A DNA stretch of 64,000 bases from positions 264,333-328,332 of the forward strand of contig NW_005434603.1 in assembly GCF_000315625.1 (NCBI RefSeq), written 5' to 3'. The notes under the pieces are model-generated. The model searched no databases and was not told the origin of the DNA. It was given only the letters and a program-made list of their open reading frames with translations. Of this stretch, positions 33,472-47,420 are shown one piece after another. Source of the stretch: Guillardia theta CCMP2712. Lineage: Eukaryota; Protista; Cryptophyta. The number at the start of each line of letters is the position of its first letter. Position 1 is the stretch's first letter. Made by a program: the position numbers and the translations under genes.

Positions 33472-36400
33472 CTATTCCGTCCTCACAGATGACCCTCCGA
33501 CGCTTCGGAACAGCTGCTGGAACTGCTCGAACGAGATCTTCCCTGAGTTGTTCGTGTCCACCTCCCGCACCTGCACCGGCCATGAGACAGGAACGGGCGG
33601 GTCACTTCCAGTCACCAGCTCTAGCACTTGACCCTCGGTCATCCGCACTCCCACCAGCGCAAGAGCTCGTTGAATGTCCAGAACCTGCTCGCATCCTCAG
33701 TCTCCTCCTCGTCTCCCAACACAAATGCCGCGACTACCCTTGCCTTCCTATCTCTTCCTCGCCTTACACCCCAGCCACTTCTCCTCGTCCTCGTCCTCCT
33801 CACAGCCACGTACCGAGACGGCTCCCTTCTTGCCGGTGTCGAGGTAGGCAAACGCTGCTCGAAGATCTTCTTCCGTCTCTCTGGAGGAGGCATCAGCCAT
33901 CGGACGGGAGATCCTCCCAGCGCCTCACCTCCCCTCCACGTAATGTGCCATGAGCGCCACGAAGGAGCTGAAAGGAACTCTCCCCTGTGACAAGGCGTGA
34001 GGAGGAGGAGGCATGGAGACGGTGAGGAGGAAGAGGAAGAAAAGCAGAAAGAAGGGTGAAGGGGGGGAAGAGGGTAAAGAGGGTGAGGGAGGAAATATAA
34101 GGGTTCAAAGATCATACATGATTGTCTATGCAGTTTGAGCTCAAGGCCATTCTCATCGCTTCTCTGTCGCTGACATTCTCACCCTTCACAAGGACCAGTC
34201 AATCAAGACAGCAGCGTGCAGTAGAAGCCAAGGGAAACCAGCGCTCTCATTGTCTCTCCCAGCTTCATCACGGGCAAGGAACAGTGTCCTTCGGTCTCCC
34301 TCTCACACTCTTCCAGCTTCGACCAAGTCAGAGATCCAGCTAGCTCGACAGAAACCTTTCACCTCCTCCTTCGAGTCTGCTGAAAATTGCGTGAAGACTG
34401 CCCGCATGTCCTGTTCGTAGATGAAAGTGAGAAGACCCTTCAATCCTCGATCGAGAACATGTGGAAATCGAATACCTGAATTTCACTCTCCAGCAGTTGT
34501 GTCTTCATTCCCAAAGAACCGTCAGCTATCGTTCTCTCGTAAACAATAGGACAAGACCCGATTCACTTTCCGCAGGTAATGCTGGCTGGCCACGATCCCC
34601 ACAAGACCCTGACCGAATTGTTTTCTCTGTAATTTCGAAATTTAGAGAAGAAATTTGGTGATGCGCAGAAAAGTCTTGCCTGGCGATTGAAACCTCGCAG
34701 CGCATCTAGTGACTGACTGGGCATCGGGCTGTCGGACACCCCGTTGCCTGTTCGACAACAAAAGAATTGACATAGAGCTTCAGGGCGTTCGATAGAATAC
34801 CAGCTACCCAAGGATGCTGTAAGAGCTGCTCGCAAGTGTATCGCTGATGAACATGTCAAACTCTTCTGTCGTCAGGGCAAGCATCGAACGACGCACCTGC
34901 ATCGGGTCCATGTGGATCAAATGGCGAATAACATCCTTGGCTTGCGGCGATACGTGCGCCCAGTACTCAGGATCGAACTTGTAGTCGGCCCGTAGAATCC
35001 TCTCCACCTTCACCACTTTCAATCACGAGGACCGGGGCCTGCTCGCAGTGAGCTCACGATCTGGGCGTCCGTCGATCTTCCATCTGGGTCGAAGGGATGA
35101 ACTCCAGAGAGCATGATGTAGAGGATGACTGAGAGGCCACGGTGAGCACGTCGACGACAAACAATCCCATCTTCTACCTCCCATCGACCAGAGGTCGACC
35201 GAGTAGTCGTAGGGCTGCCTTCGTAATATTTCCTGTGTCGGGAAACCAAGATTACAGGTGCATGCGCGGAGGAGATAAAGCAAGTAATATTACAGGTGCC
35301 CAGTATGCCCATGTACCACAAGATCTCTTCATCATCGTCTTCTCGCCCAGAATCTGTCAGACACCATTCACAAGGAGATCCGAACCACTGCTCTTGCACT
35401 ACCTTAGACAAGCCAAAATCAGCAATCTTAATGTCTGCTTCTGATCCTTTGGAGGTAAGAAGGAGATTTTCTGGTTTCAGATCTCGATGGCAAATTTTGC
35501 GTCTGCATGACCATCAACAACACGGAGATGGCTCGAAGACAAGTATCACTCGTGTAAATGCATCAAAGCATCCGTAATCTTTCTTATCCTGCCGAAATGA
35601 TACACATGAGACCAAATTCGAATCAAATTCCCTGTTGAAACCACTTACATCTTAGCAGCGTCCTTCTCACTAAAAGCCCCGTCATTTACAATTCTATCAA
35701 ACAATTCTCCACCCTTGCAAGGAGTCACAACTGCAATTCAGCAGGATTCACATCGGCATACCTGCACCAACTCGAGTACTAAATACACAGACTTCTCGTC
35801 TTCAAAGACATCCTGCGCAGGAGGAATCATCTTTCATGCAGCAGCCCTGCACGTTGCGTACCTTCAATGAGATGACGTTCGGGTGAGAAACCTGAAGGAT
35901 AGGTGAGTGATGGACCAAACAGCAAGGCAATGACCGTGGTCAGGATCTCAATCTCTCTAGCCAATTGACGACGTCGCATGTTTGCCTGCGGCAATCAAAA
36001 TTTACTTCTCTCCCTCTTCAGCCTTCAGATGCTCCAACCTTATCTACACACTTCACAGCCACGAGCTCCTTGGTTTGCTTGTTCCTTGCCTTCTTAACAA
36101 CAGCATGAACACCACTTCCTAACACCTGTTTGATAAGAAGTGTCACGTTGTACTATGATACATGAACATTTTGATATACCTCTAAAACTTCATAGTAATC
36201 GTTAATATTCCTGTGATCCTCCGCCAATGGTCCTTCCTGCCCCATCAACGTTCAATGCCAACAGCTTGAGTAGCAGCATTAAAGAACATTACATCTTTCT
36301 TGTCGTACGTGCCTGGGGAAACAGAATCGTTAGAAATAGGGAACAACCAGCGACAAAATCCAACCATTCTTCTTTAGCTTCCCACCAAGATTCCAGCTTT

Positions 36401-37084
36401 CACAGTATGCCAAGCGTGTTTGAGGATCACTCAAATTATTCCAACTGATAGAAATCAATTCAGCATTTGAAAAACAATGATGGAAAAAGGCAACTCAACA
36501 CAAACACGCATTCCAACAACAACAGCTAGCAATATCGGTACTTGATACACACTCACAAGTAAAATCACTTGTTTCAATCAGATAGAGGTCAACTTTCCAT
36601 CTATCGTATTCAGCAAGCATTCAAATAGTCCAAGGAAACTCCATCCCACTGTGACAACGTACACTGACACATCAACATGCAGAACACATTACGTGAAGGT
36701 GAAGATCGCCCCTCCACCAGCTGCTATTCCAACCCAGGTCATTTTCGAAGGCCAGTGCATGGATGAGAAGGATATTTTCCTCCACCATTCATGTTCTTGA
36801 TCCTACAATCACGTTCCACGTCAGACACAAACTTAGAGTGAGGTGCAAGCAGGGGATGCGGATTTCTTCACCTCAGCCCGTCTAGAACTGTTGAGATTGC
36901 AGGATGGCAGACGCGATTGTAAGCTTGCGGGATGGATATGATCCCACAGACGATGTTGTGCATAGCCAGACCAGCGATGTGAGAGGATGATGTTTGATCT
37001 GCTCGATTTAAGTATGTCCGAACGCACAACGGGCAGACAGGGAATTCTCCTCCCGATCTCCCTGGCGAGGGGCATGATGCGCAT
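33472..37084 (-). CDS. Calcium-dependent (CDPK/CaMK-like) protein kinase with C-terminal EF-hands
   Basis: Exons give [100 protein letters not shown]; EF loop [13 protein letters not shown]. The start is uncertain. Confidence 0.85.
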
Positions 37085-38390
37085 GGCGAGCTTGCTTGAC
37101 GCCTCGCCTCACGATATTGTGTGTTGTTTGAAGACTTGTAAAGAAAACGCTGCGAGAAGTGAGGATCGAGTCTAGGGCAGCATGGATTAGACTGACCAGT
37201 CAGCCTAAAGGCAGAGGGCGTATGGAAAGAGAAGGGGAGAAGAGAAGGAGAGCCAGGGAGAAGCCAGAGGAAGAGAAGTGGGAGGGGATGAAGATGATGA
37301 CGGGGCAGGAGGGAGGGAGGAAGCTCGGCACGACGCTGACGTCGGGGGAATTTGTGCGCTTCAGAGGAGCCGCATGGCGCCCAGAGCCCATGCAGCCTAC
37401 GATCAGGGGGGGAACAGTTCCGATGTACTCGATAGGGGTAGTTGATGGGAGTTAAGGTGGAATAGGGGGTGGGGTACTTACAATATCTCCTTCAATTAGT
37501 TAAATGTGGGGTACTGATACGTATATTGGGAGGGGTACCTCATTCATTGAATGGGGATCTCGACAGGGTGGGTTTGGCAGAGCAGGGGTGGGGTGGGGCT
37601 ATATTCTTACTGTTTTTTTTGTTCGATCCTCATCTCAGCTGTCCATTGGAATAGTGGGGGTACAAACCTTCCATGGGTGTGGGTGGTAAGTCCAAAATAC
37701 CCCTCTAATATACAGGAAAATTGGTCATTTCAATATGGTAGGGTGTCATGTGAGTTTCTTGTGATAGGGGTATGGAGAAGAGGGGTAGCCCTTCCGTGGG
37801 TGGTGGGGTGGTGCTTGTTTCGCGATGCGACGAATAGATGGAATGGAGCCGGACGAGGGGGTCGTAGGGATGAGCGATGGGGGCAGGGGAGCGAGGAAAG
37901 GGGGAGTGAGGTAGGAGGGAGGAGTTAGATGCCATGGAGGATGCTCCAAAGCTGAATGGTGAAGATGCAGGAGCGGGATGAGATGGAAGAGGGAAAGGGA
38001 GGACGAGGGGTAACAAGAATCGCAACAGTTTGTCAAGTCAAGGATGAAATATCGACGAGATCAAGCTGACTAGAACGTCAAAAGAGTCAGGAAAAATCTG
38101 GGTTAAGGAGAGGGTGTGGACTGAATGGAGGGTTTGGGGGTGGGAAGGAAATGAGGAAAGCCAGACTGAATTGTAGTGGCAATGCTGGATACGAGCAGTA
38201 CCTGATGGGGTGGATCACAGAGAAGACGATATGATGCAGAAGATGGTAGATCTATAGATACACTTGATCCTGACTTCTCACAAAACTGAAGAAGTGCCGG
38301 GATGACATGAGGAGCTTAAAGACAGAATAGCTCTGCAAATGGACAATGCATGCTCAAAAAACATCCAGTACAAAACTTTCAGGATTTCAT

Positions 38391-39332
38391 TCATGCGCTT
38401 GCTATTCCATGTATAACCTGCTTGAATGGTAGCATGACCGCCTTCCTTTCCTCCCCCTGGATAGTCATCTTGCCCCTGTCCTCCATTTCACTCCACTTCA
38501 GTTCGATGGGGATTCTTCCAAGGAACTTCATGCCCATCTCGATCGCCAGCTTTTCGCCTCCTCCTCGGGAGAAGATGTCTGTCACTTCACCACAACAAGG
38601 GCACTGGAAGCCAGACATGTTCTCCACCATGCCGAGAATGGGGACCTCGAGCTTCCTGCAGAACGAGATCTCCTTGCGCACGTCCACGAGCGACACAGAC
38701 TGCGGTGTGGTCACCAACACGGCCCCATTTAGAAAGTTTGTCTCCTTGAGGTACTCTATGCAAGACAGCTGCTCGTCCGAAGTCCCAGGGGGCGTGTCGA
38801 TGATCAAGTAATCTAACTTTCCCCATACCACGTCCGTGAAGAACTGTTTGATCATGGCGTTTTTCTTCGGACCCCTCCAAACTACTGCATTGTCTCTGCT
38901 TGCCAGCAGGAATGATACCGACATTACAGAGAGAGGATTCTCGCCGTCAGTCTGGACAGGAATCCAACCTTCGCTCGACTGCATCACCTGTTGCACGCTC
39001 AGCAACGCTGCAGAAATGTTGGATCATCAGCGGAAAATCGAGCACGACACTTGAACCCATCACACAATGATCTGTAATGAACAAAAAGAACAGCACAGCA
39101 GTTCGACATCAACACGTCTATCCGGCATGAACCCCCCACTGCCTTCTCTCACCTCCTTTCCCTCCAGGCCCAGGATCCTTGCGACGCTGGGGCCGCAAAG
39201 ATCGACGTCGAGGATCCCAACCTTCTTCCCCTCCTCCGAGAGGCTGATGGCGATTCCTGTAGCCACTGAGCTCTTCCCCACCCCTCCCTTCCCGCTCAGC
39301 ACCACCACCGCCTTGGTTCCTTCCTGCAGCAT
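38391..39332 (-). CDS. Cytosolic Fe-S cluster assembly P-loop NTPase, Cfd1/NUBP2-like (Mrp/Nbp35 family)
   Basis: VLSGKGGVGKSSV, DVDLCGPS, VVWRGPKK, IIDTPPGTSDE, VTTPQ, ENMSGFQCPCC; no N-terminal Cys cluster seen. Confidence 0.88.
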
Positions 39333-39447
39333 TCTTTGCGCACCCCCGCAATCAACTTTTACTCAAAGAAAATATCCGGGTCCCCCTCGGAATTTCAACG
39401 GGTCCGCCTCGTCTAAAATTTCCGGGGACGACTCAGGGCAGCAGGAC

Positions 39448-41205
39448 AATGGTGGGAGTTTGTGCCGAGGAGGAAGAGAGCGGGAAGGGCGGGGTCATGG
39501 CGGAGAAGACATGACAGGGACGTTGAACTTGTTGTGCATGTAGATGCTCTCCTGAGAGCTCCTGAGACCTCTCCGAGATGTCTCTCTATCTCCGAGAGGA
39601 CGGCGGCGGCATGGAGCAGGTGGAGATGGGAGTACTCGACAGCCTCGAGGAAGCGAGAGGGCAGCAGAAGCAGCTGCTCACGACGTCTTCGCAAGGAGAG
39701 ACACCCTGCTCACATGAAGAATTCCTGAACGCCGGGGTGTATGATGTCATGAGGGAGGCGTACAGCCTGTCGATGATAAGGCGGAAGGCTTACATTACCC
39801 TGCACCTCCGTTTATGCAAAGGAGCAGCCTTGATCGTCAACGAGAAGGTGGGAAGGTTCATGTTTGGCTGGAAGGTCAGTTACGGCCCCGCTGCATGACG
39901 TTTCTTGACTTGTTCCAACCAGGCGCATGAAAACAGGATCCTAGACTACATTGGCCAAGAGACCTCGAGGCTCTGTCAGGAGCTCTATGGGAGGGAAGAG
40001 AGCGACAAGTACGTCCGAGTGTTTCTCAGGCGGAGGTTCCTCTATTGCATCATATCCACCTGCGTCACTATCCTGCAAATCTGCTCCCAGCTCCTGCACG
40101 TGGAGGTCCTGGCCGTGCTCCTGTCGTTGGTGACTCTCCCGATAACCCTGGTGGAGAGACAATTCGCTACCCTTGTGACCAAGATGCTTCCTCGCGCCGA
40201 GCGGTCCCTCGCCCTGCAGTTCTCGCACGAGGCGAACGAGATGGTTAGGAAGCACTTCCCTGCGTTGAAGAAGCTGCCGCGGGCTAGGATGCATAGGAGT
40301 CGAGCCTTCAACCTGACGTCCCTGGAGATGGCGGTGGGTTTCTTGCAGTTCGTCTCAGCCGGGATCATCGTCCTCTTCTCCTTGTTCGTGCTGCTCAAAC
40401 GGTCCCTGTACTTGGACGTCTTCCTGCTCAGCGACTGGTGCCTGCACCCGCTGTCCTGCCTCGACTTGTCCGGCAAGGTTATCCTGTTCCGCGTGATCAA
40501 GGAGGCGTGCAACTGGATCTCTCCGTGGATCGAGGAGACTCTGACGCCCGAGGTGAGTTAGAGGGCAGGTGGTGTTCCTTGCAAGGAACATTGTCTGCAT
40601 CATGTTCCTTGCAGGGAACATTGCCCGCCTCCACGATTCATCCCCCTCGCTAACACGCATGTCAGAAGTATGCCTTCAACGAGCGGGTAGTGAGGAGCGC
40701 GCTGACAGAGATCCATCGTGCTGCTGGCATCGAGGAGCTCTGCCGGCTGCTGGTGGAGTCGAGCAGCACCAGGAGGAGGTGCGCTGAACTTGTGGAGGAC
40801 TTTGTTCTCTGCTGCAAGATGGAAGAAGTGGAGAGGTCGCTCGACCGAGTCAGGGTGCCACGTCATCTGTTGGGCTGCAGGGACGCCGAGGAGGCGATGG
40901 AGGTGGTGAACCTGATGATGAAGGCAGCTGAGTGTGGGGAGGACGCAGAGCAGGTTCGGACGGTGAAGCTCTCAAGGATGTTCAGGATGTTCCTGCTGCA
41001 GGAGCATCACCACAACATCGGAACCATCTCCCTCTCCCACTTCCATCACCATGGGGACTCCCGTCACTCTCACCAGGCAAATTTTGTGCAGGCGGAGGGC
41101 GATGGGCATGTGCACCTGCTCGAGGACGGCATCAAGTTCTGGCATCAACACCAGCACGGCTCTCAGGCGCACGAGCATGCGATCTACAAGACTGAGGAGA
41201 ACTGA
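39448..41205 (+). CDS. Hypothetical multi-exon protein with hydrophobic (putative membrane) segments
   Basis: Long same-strand ORFs 39578, 39905-40561, 40690-41205 joined by GT-AG introns; His-rich C-terminus. Confidence 0.55.
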
Positions 41206-41322
41206 AAGTGAATATGAGGATAGCGGGAGGAAGGTGGAGGAGGATGCAGTGGTGGTGGCGGTTGGAGGAGTAGGAATAGGAGGAGGAGGCAATTTGTTGG
41301 TGAAGCATTTACTATCAAACAG

Positions 41323-42678
41323 TCAGTAGGTTACGGCAGCTTCGCGCGTCAGTCTTCTCCTCTTTCTTAGGGTCTTCACATCTCCAGCCCCTGGCTGCGG
41401 CTGCTGCGAAGACGTCGAGCCATGGGTGTAGGCTCAACCTGCGGAACATCTCTGTGAGCATGCAAAATGAGGGAGGAGGAGGAGGAGGAGGAGGAGGAGG
41501 AGGAGGAGGAGGAGGGAAGGAGAGAGATGGGAAGTACCAGCATTGATCCGGCGGCTTCGTTCAGCTCCTCTGCGCTCTCAGTTCCGTTGTAAAGCTTCCG
41601 AACCCTCTTTGCAGAAGACTCGATGCTTTTCTGCTCTCGCGTGAGAAGGAGGAGGAGGTGGAGGAGGAGGAGGAGGAGCAGAAGGAGGGAAGCAAGGGTG
41701 AACCTTTCCGTTGGCCTTGATGTTGGCAGAGGAAGGAGAGAGTGGGGCCCTGTCTTTCATTCCTGCCATGACGTTCAATTGGAGCTGAGAGGAGGAGGGA
41801 ATGAAGGTGGTTGGAAGGGAAGGAGAAGGTTCACCGCTGCGTCCGGTCTTGGTGTAGGACTCATCCTCAGGCATCATGTACGCAAGAAGGTGGATGGGAC
41901 AGTCATCGACCATGCTCTGTTGAGATCGCATGTGAGAAGCGAGAGGAGAAGGAGGAGGGAGAGCTACCTTTCCGTTTGCTGGCTTCTTCACTGTGCTTCT
42001 CTTCTTGGTGGACCCCTGCTGTAGACCATCATCCTTGAAGTAAGAGGGGGAGGAGGAGGGGGAGGGGGAGGAGAGGAGGCAGGTTTACGTTTTGGAGGTT
42101 CTCGATGTTCTCCTCGCTCTTCCTCTTCCCTGCTCTCAAGTCAGCAATGACATGAGAGGATCCGCTGCCGCACCTGCTTGCACCTCGTCCTCCACCTGCA
42201 GCCCAGGGATGAAGTCCTCGACCTCTGAATGCGCGGCTGGCTGCTTCTGCTGGATCCATCAGAAATAGAGGAGGAGGAGGAGGAGGAGGAGGAGGAGGAG
42301 GAGGAGGAGGAGGAGGAGGAGGAGGAGGAGGAGGAGGAGGAGGAGGAGGAGGAGGAGGAGGAGGAGGAGGAGGAGGAGGAGGAGGAGGAGGAGAGAGACC
42401 TTGAGTAGCTCGGAGAGGTTCTTGCTGTTCTGCCTCTCCTTCTCGAGTTCTGCCTCGAGGTTATGGATCTTGTCCTGCAAGAGGAAAACAATGAGAAGAC
42501 AGGATAGAGGAGCGGGTGAGGGCGGGGGAGTAGGAGGAGCACCTGGAGCTCGCTTGTGTCGCTTCTGCTCTGCAAGACTTTGAGGTCTCCCCTCAAACGA
42601 TCGTTCTGCTCCTCCAGCCCACTGCGAAAACAAGTGAGTGACCATGAAAAGGTCGAAGGTGGGTGGAGGAGGAGGAGA

Positions 42679-42709
<31 letters not shown>

Positions 42710-45198
42710 GGAGGAGGAGGAGGAGGAGGAGGAGGAGGAGGAGGAGGAGGACGAGGAGGAGGAGGAGGAGGAGAGGCCGGCACTTCTGCTCGAGTTGACG
42801 GATCACACTGTAGGTTAACATCAGGACCCGAGCTCCTTTCCCTCTCCCTCCTTCTCTACCCGTCAGCTTCCTCAAGGACGACCCGAGATTCGTTCTGCTG
42901 CTTCCTCTTCGCCTAGGGAGCTCATATCGTCAGCCCGTCGCTTTCTCTTGCCCCTCCTCATCCTCACCTCGATAGCCTCGTTCTTCTCCTCCACTTCCCT
43001 CTGCAACACCTGGAGCTGAGCCTCGAGCACGGAGACCTGATGCCGCAGCTGCTCGGTGCTGTCTCCTCCGACCTCCTCCGCCCCCTCTTCCTGCTGCTGC
43101 GTGTTGCCGGGGAGGAGCCGCTGGAGCACGGCCTTGTGCTCCCGCTGCATGTCCGAAACCCTCTGCTCGTAGAACTTGAGCTGGGCCTGCAGCTCCTTGA
43201 CCTCCTCCTCCGACACCTCCTCCTCCCTCCTCGAGATCTCCCGCGTGATGATGTGCAGCTTCCTCTCAAACTTCTGCTCCGTCGTAATCCTCTCGTCCTC
43301 CAGCCGGATCTGGAACGCCCTCTCCATCTCCTCCATCTGCTTCATCATCTCCTCGCTCACCTCCTCCCTCACGGTCGCCTCCAGCTGGGCGTTCTTCGCC
43401 TCCAGCTGGTAGACCTGAGCTCGCAGGCCCTCCATCTCGTTGATGAGGTCGTCGACCTGCACCTCCTCCCAGACCTCCACCTGCGGCTGCTCCTGAGGGC
43501 GTCAGGGGCCGGCGAGCGGAGGAGAAGAAGACAGAGTGGGAGAGATGTGAGCACGAGGAGGGTGGGAGGGGGAGGAAGTTGAGGAGGGAGGGGGGAAGGA
43601 GGGGGAGAGAAAGTGGAGGACGGGGGAGGGGCTGCATGAGAATGTGGTTCACCTCCTCAGGGGCCTTCGCCTCCTCTGACTTCTTCTTGGCAGGCAGGGG
43701 CTTCCGCGTGTTCATCGTCTTCTTCACCACGATCTCCTTGGCGATCGCCCCGTACGTCAAGGCCTGTCGGGCCTCGTCGAAGTCCGAGGGGTTCGGGTTG
43801 GCAGCCACGATCATCACCATCTTGCTTGCGTTAAGGAAGTGATCTTGAAAGATCCGAGTCAGCTTGCTATGCCTGAACGGCACCACGTGCGCCACCCGGT
43901 TCGGGTTGATCTGGTTCCACCGCAGCGCCTCCAGGCACCTTCCCAGGTTCATCAGCGACACGTTGATGTTGGACGCCTCCTTCAGCCTCTCCCCAGTCGC
44001 CTTCGTCTTCAGCGCCCTCTCCGACCCCGCCAGGTCGACGATGGCCAGCTTGCTGTACACCTGCGAAGGTTCCGTCGGGTCCGTCTCGCTCCCTCTGTTG
44101 GGCACGAGCTTGATGTTGAACACGGAGTGACTGCGGGACGACACGTCGTTCATCATGGTCTCCGCCACCTGCCGGTGCCTTGCGCCATATCGCAGCACCT
44201 GCTTCGCTTCCTCCAGGTTCCTCACTTGCAGCTCCCGCAGCCCCTTGATGTGGACCTGCCCGTTGTGCTCCTTGAGCTTGCACACTTTCCTGGGCTCGTT
44301 CTTGGTCTTATCAGGAGGCACGTCGAGCAGGTCGTACACGTTCTCGTTGTAGATCTCCATGAAGGTCACCCACACCGTCCAGTCCTCTTGAGAGTTCGCG
44401 TTCCTCTCGTCCACCTCGTTGAACACCGTCGACAACGACCTCGGCAGGATGCCGGCCTTCTCCCCCTTGTCCCCCTGGATCGTGAACGTCTTGCCCGAGT
44501 TGGTAGGACCGTAGGCGAAGATCAGCCCGTTCTGACCGTCAAACAATCCCTTGACCATAGGCAGCGCAGTCTCTTCATACAGCGACTCCTGGGGCGTGCC
44601 GGGGCCGAAGACGCGGGTGAACCGGTACTTGTCCTGGTCTCCTACCCCTCCGTTGGCCTGCAACGCCGCGTCCTCTCTGTTGCCCCTGGTGTTCTCAGGA
44701 GGGAACTGCAGTGCTACTGTCGTGTCGTCGACAATGGTGATGCTGCCGTCACTGCCAAAGTCTGAAGGGAGCGGCCGAACGCGCAGGAACACCTTGATGC
44801 TGTCAGTGCTCGCGCTGGCTCCGTCTGCTGCCTGCTGGATGACTGGCTCTGCTTCAAAGTTCTCTTGGATGTTTGCCGGGATGTGTGTCGGCTTGTAGGG
44901 AGTGAATTCAAGCTTCCTGATGGGCATCTCTGTTGGGGGGGCATACCCCTCATCCTGGAATGATCTCCGTCATTGTCTTCGTTGCAATTATGATCATCAT
45001 CATCATCATCATCATCATCATATCAAACCCGCCATCATCATCATCGACATCAAGAACAACAATTGAGTTCATCTGACTGCTGATGGACATGCTCACCTTG
45101 GCTTCCATTTCAGCATCGATCGTAATGAAGGAAGGGCGAGACTCGTACGTCATGATGCTTGATCCTACACCTTGGCAACATTTCAGTGCAATATTCAA
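41323..45198 (-). CDS. Kinesin-6 family motor (KIF20/KIF23/MKLP-like)
   Basis: IKVFLRVRP, FAYGPTNSGKTFT, MEIYNENVYDLL, SSRSHSVFNIKL, DLAGSER, NINVSLMNLGRCLEALRWNQ, VPFRHSKLTRIFQ; coiled-coil exon 42872-43480; basic tail LRKRRRLTREAAVTY*. The 5' end is uncertain. Confidence 0.9.
42268..42391. repeat. Intronic (GAG)n microsatellite, about 40 units; further runs near 41475-41515 and 42685-42770
   Basis: Directly visible. Confidence 0.95.
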
Positions 45199-46313
45199 CT
45201 TGATCGAGATGCTGTTTCAACTCAAGATGCATTTGAATTCACTCCAACAGCAAACAGACACGAACGGAGTCGAGGTTACACATTTAGACATTGTTCCTTC
45301 CCCAACATAACACCTCAGAGACGTAGAATAGTTTGTGACAAATATGAAGCTCTTCCATGTTCACTTCGCTTGCTCTCTATGATTCTTCTCTCCAGCACTC
45401 CATCATCATAAGGTAAGTTACCGACTCCATCATCATCCTCTTCATTTCAACAGTAGTTACAATCATTCTCATCATCATGACCATTGTCTCTGGCATGGTT
45501 GTCATCATGGTCATCAGGACCATCTCTATCGTAATCATCATCTCCTCCGTCCCTCCCATCTCCGTAGATGACCCTTCTCCTTCTCCTCCCCTCTGCATAT
45601 CCCTTCGCACCTCCCCAACCCTTGCACGCCTTTTTGAATTTCAACCGTTTCCGATTCTGAGGCGGGTTGTGCTTATCTATAATTTTGAAAAATCACCCAC
45701 CCCCACGAAACACTGTATGGTACTTCTCAGAGTCTGCCGTCGGAGGTCCGCAGGGACGGTTCCAGTACCCTCAGTCACAGATAGAACTGTTCACGGCACC
45801 CACGCCGCCGCCGGGCCCCGGCACGCCGGGGTCCGATCGTACGCCCGGCGCCGGTCACCGGGTGCGGCGCCGGGCCGCCGGAGAGACTCTCCAGCGGCGG
45901 ATTCCGGGTTGAATGATACAGTCTGAGCAACCGGCTTTTTCACAGAGTCAGGCTTTTACCATCAGAGCTGTTAAGATTGAACTGTGAAGGAAAAGGCTGA
46001 CTCTGATTGATCCAGCCATGATCGCATTTCAGCATGAAAGGCGGGCTCAGCCGGGACGATCAACAGTACAGTACGAGTTTGAGGAGGAACCGTTGAACTT
46101 GTGTTGCAGACCGTACCCTTGAGCAACAGACGGCAGAGGTAGAGGAGTCTCAGCTCACTCATTTCTAAGATCCTCCGATGGATCTCGAGAGGGGATGGGT
46201 CAGTAACTTCCGGGGACCCTGAGCAGTTCAGAACTGGGGCGAGGAGGAGAGCGTGGGACCGGGAGAGCAGCCTTTGGGCGAGCTACCGTAGTACAATACA
46301 GCAGCGTCTGATC

Positions 46314-47100
46314 TCACTTGTCTTTCACTTGGTACTTAGCAAACAGGTTCTCAGGGTGTGTCATGGCCTTGAACTCCAGCGCCTGCCCATGTGATGTCAG
46401 TCGCTGGCAGACGCCAGGAGCATCGCAGCAGACGCTCTCACGTTGTTGGAAGGATCCTTCAGGAACTGACAAGGCAACGATCAGCATCCTCCCCCCTCTG
46501 AGAACATTCTCAGCTCCTTACCATCGTCCACTGCTCCCCAGGCTGTCCTTGGAACCTCAGCTGCGGCCGGATCACAAACTGGACCCCTGCCTTGTCCAGC
46601 CCTGAAGGGGGTGAGAGGGGTCAAGAAGCAAGCAGCACAGCATGGCAGGGGCACGTTCTGCGAGGCTGTGGAACGCTTCTTTCTCCAGCACGAGGCCGAA
46701 GTGAGGGACTGCAGGAAGGGGATCAGACTGCGATGCTGACGCGTCTCAAGTCCACCTGGGACCTCGTCGCCTCCTACGGGGTTGAAGAATTCTGGTGCCT
46801 TGTAGTCTTTCCCGACGAAATGGCAGACTAGCTGGTGCCCGAAGAGGGAGAAATCTATCCACTTGCCCGGGGAACTTCTTCCCTCCTCGCAACCAAGGAC
46901 TTCTCCGTAGAACCTTTGACATGGTCGGCGCCAGTCTACGTGCGGCATACGAACTCACTGTTTCGATCGCTCGAGGCAGTTGACAGGGAAGGCCAAGTGG
47001 AAGGGAGGCACTGCGATGTACTCGTATAACTATCGATGCAAAGCAGGAGCAGGGGCAGGAGTACGCAGTTTGCAGGAGGGGACTGACCTGGGTTGACACT
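46314..47100 (-). CDS. VOC/glyoxalase-bleomycin resistance family protein
   Basis: [80 protein letters not shown]. The start is uncertain. Confidence 0.85.
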
Positions 47101-47186
47101 CTTTGAGCTGAAGCTCCGTCCAGGAAGCGACTTGGCTACTAGCCTGAGGAGCTCGTAAGAGAAAGCAAGACTAAAGATGTCTGTCA

Positions 47187-47420
47187 TCGTCGTTCTAGTG
47201 CACATGCTGAAGACAACGTCCATCATCGTTCTAGTGTACATGCTGAAGACAACTATCATCTTTGTTCTAGTGTACATGCTGAAGACAACTATCATCTTTG
47301 TTCTAGTGTACATGCTGAAGACAACTATCATGTTTGTTCTAGTGTACATGCTGAAGACAACTATCATGTTTGTTCTAGTGTACATGCTGAAGATATCCAT
47401 CAACATCCTTCTGTTGTACA
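47187..47420. repeat. 36-bp minisatellite (gttctagtgtacatgctgaagacaactatcat[c/g]ttt), about 6 copies
   Basis: Directly visible; gives 12-aa repeats in ORFs on both strands. Confidence 0.95.

Noticed and set aside
42141-42875. Poly-Leu/Ser/Pro ORFs
   Set aside because: Translations of intronic (GAG)n microsatellites within the kinesin gene.
47187-47420. CRISPR-like 36-bp repeats
   Set aside because: Head-to-tail units without unique spacers, eukaryotic context and no cas genes.
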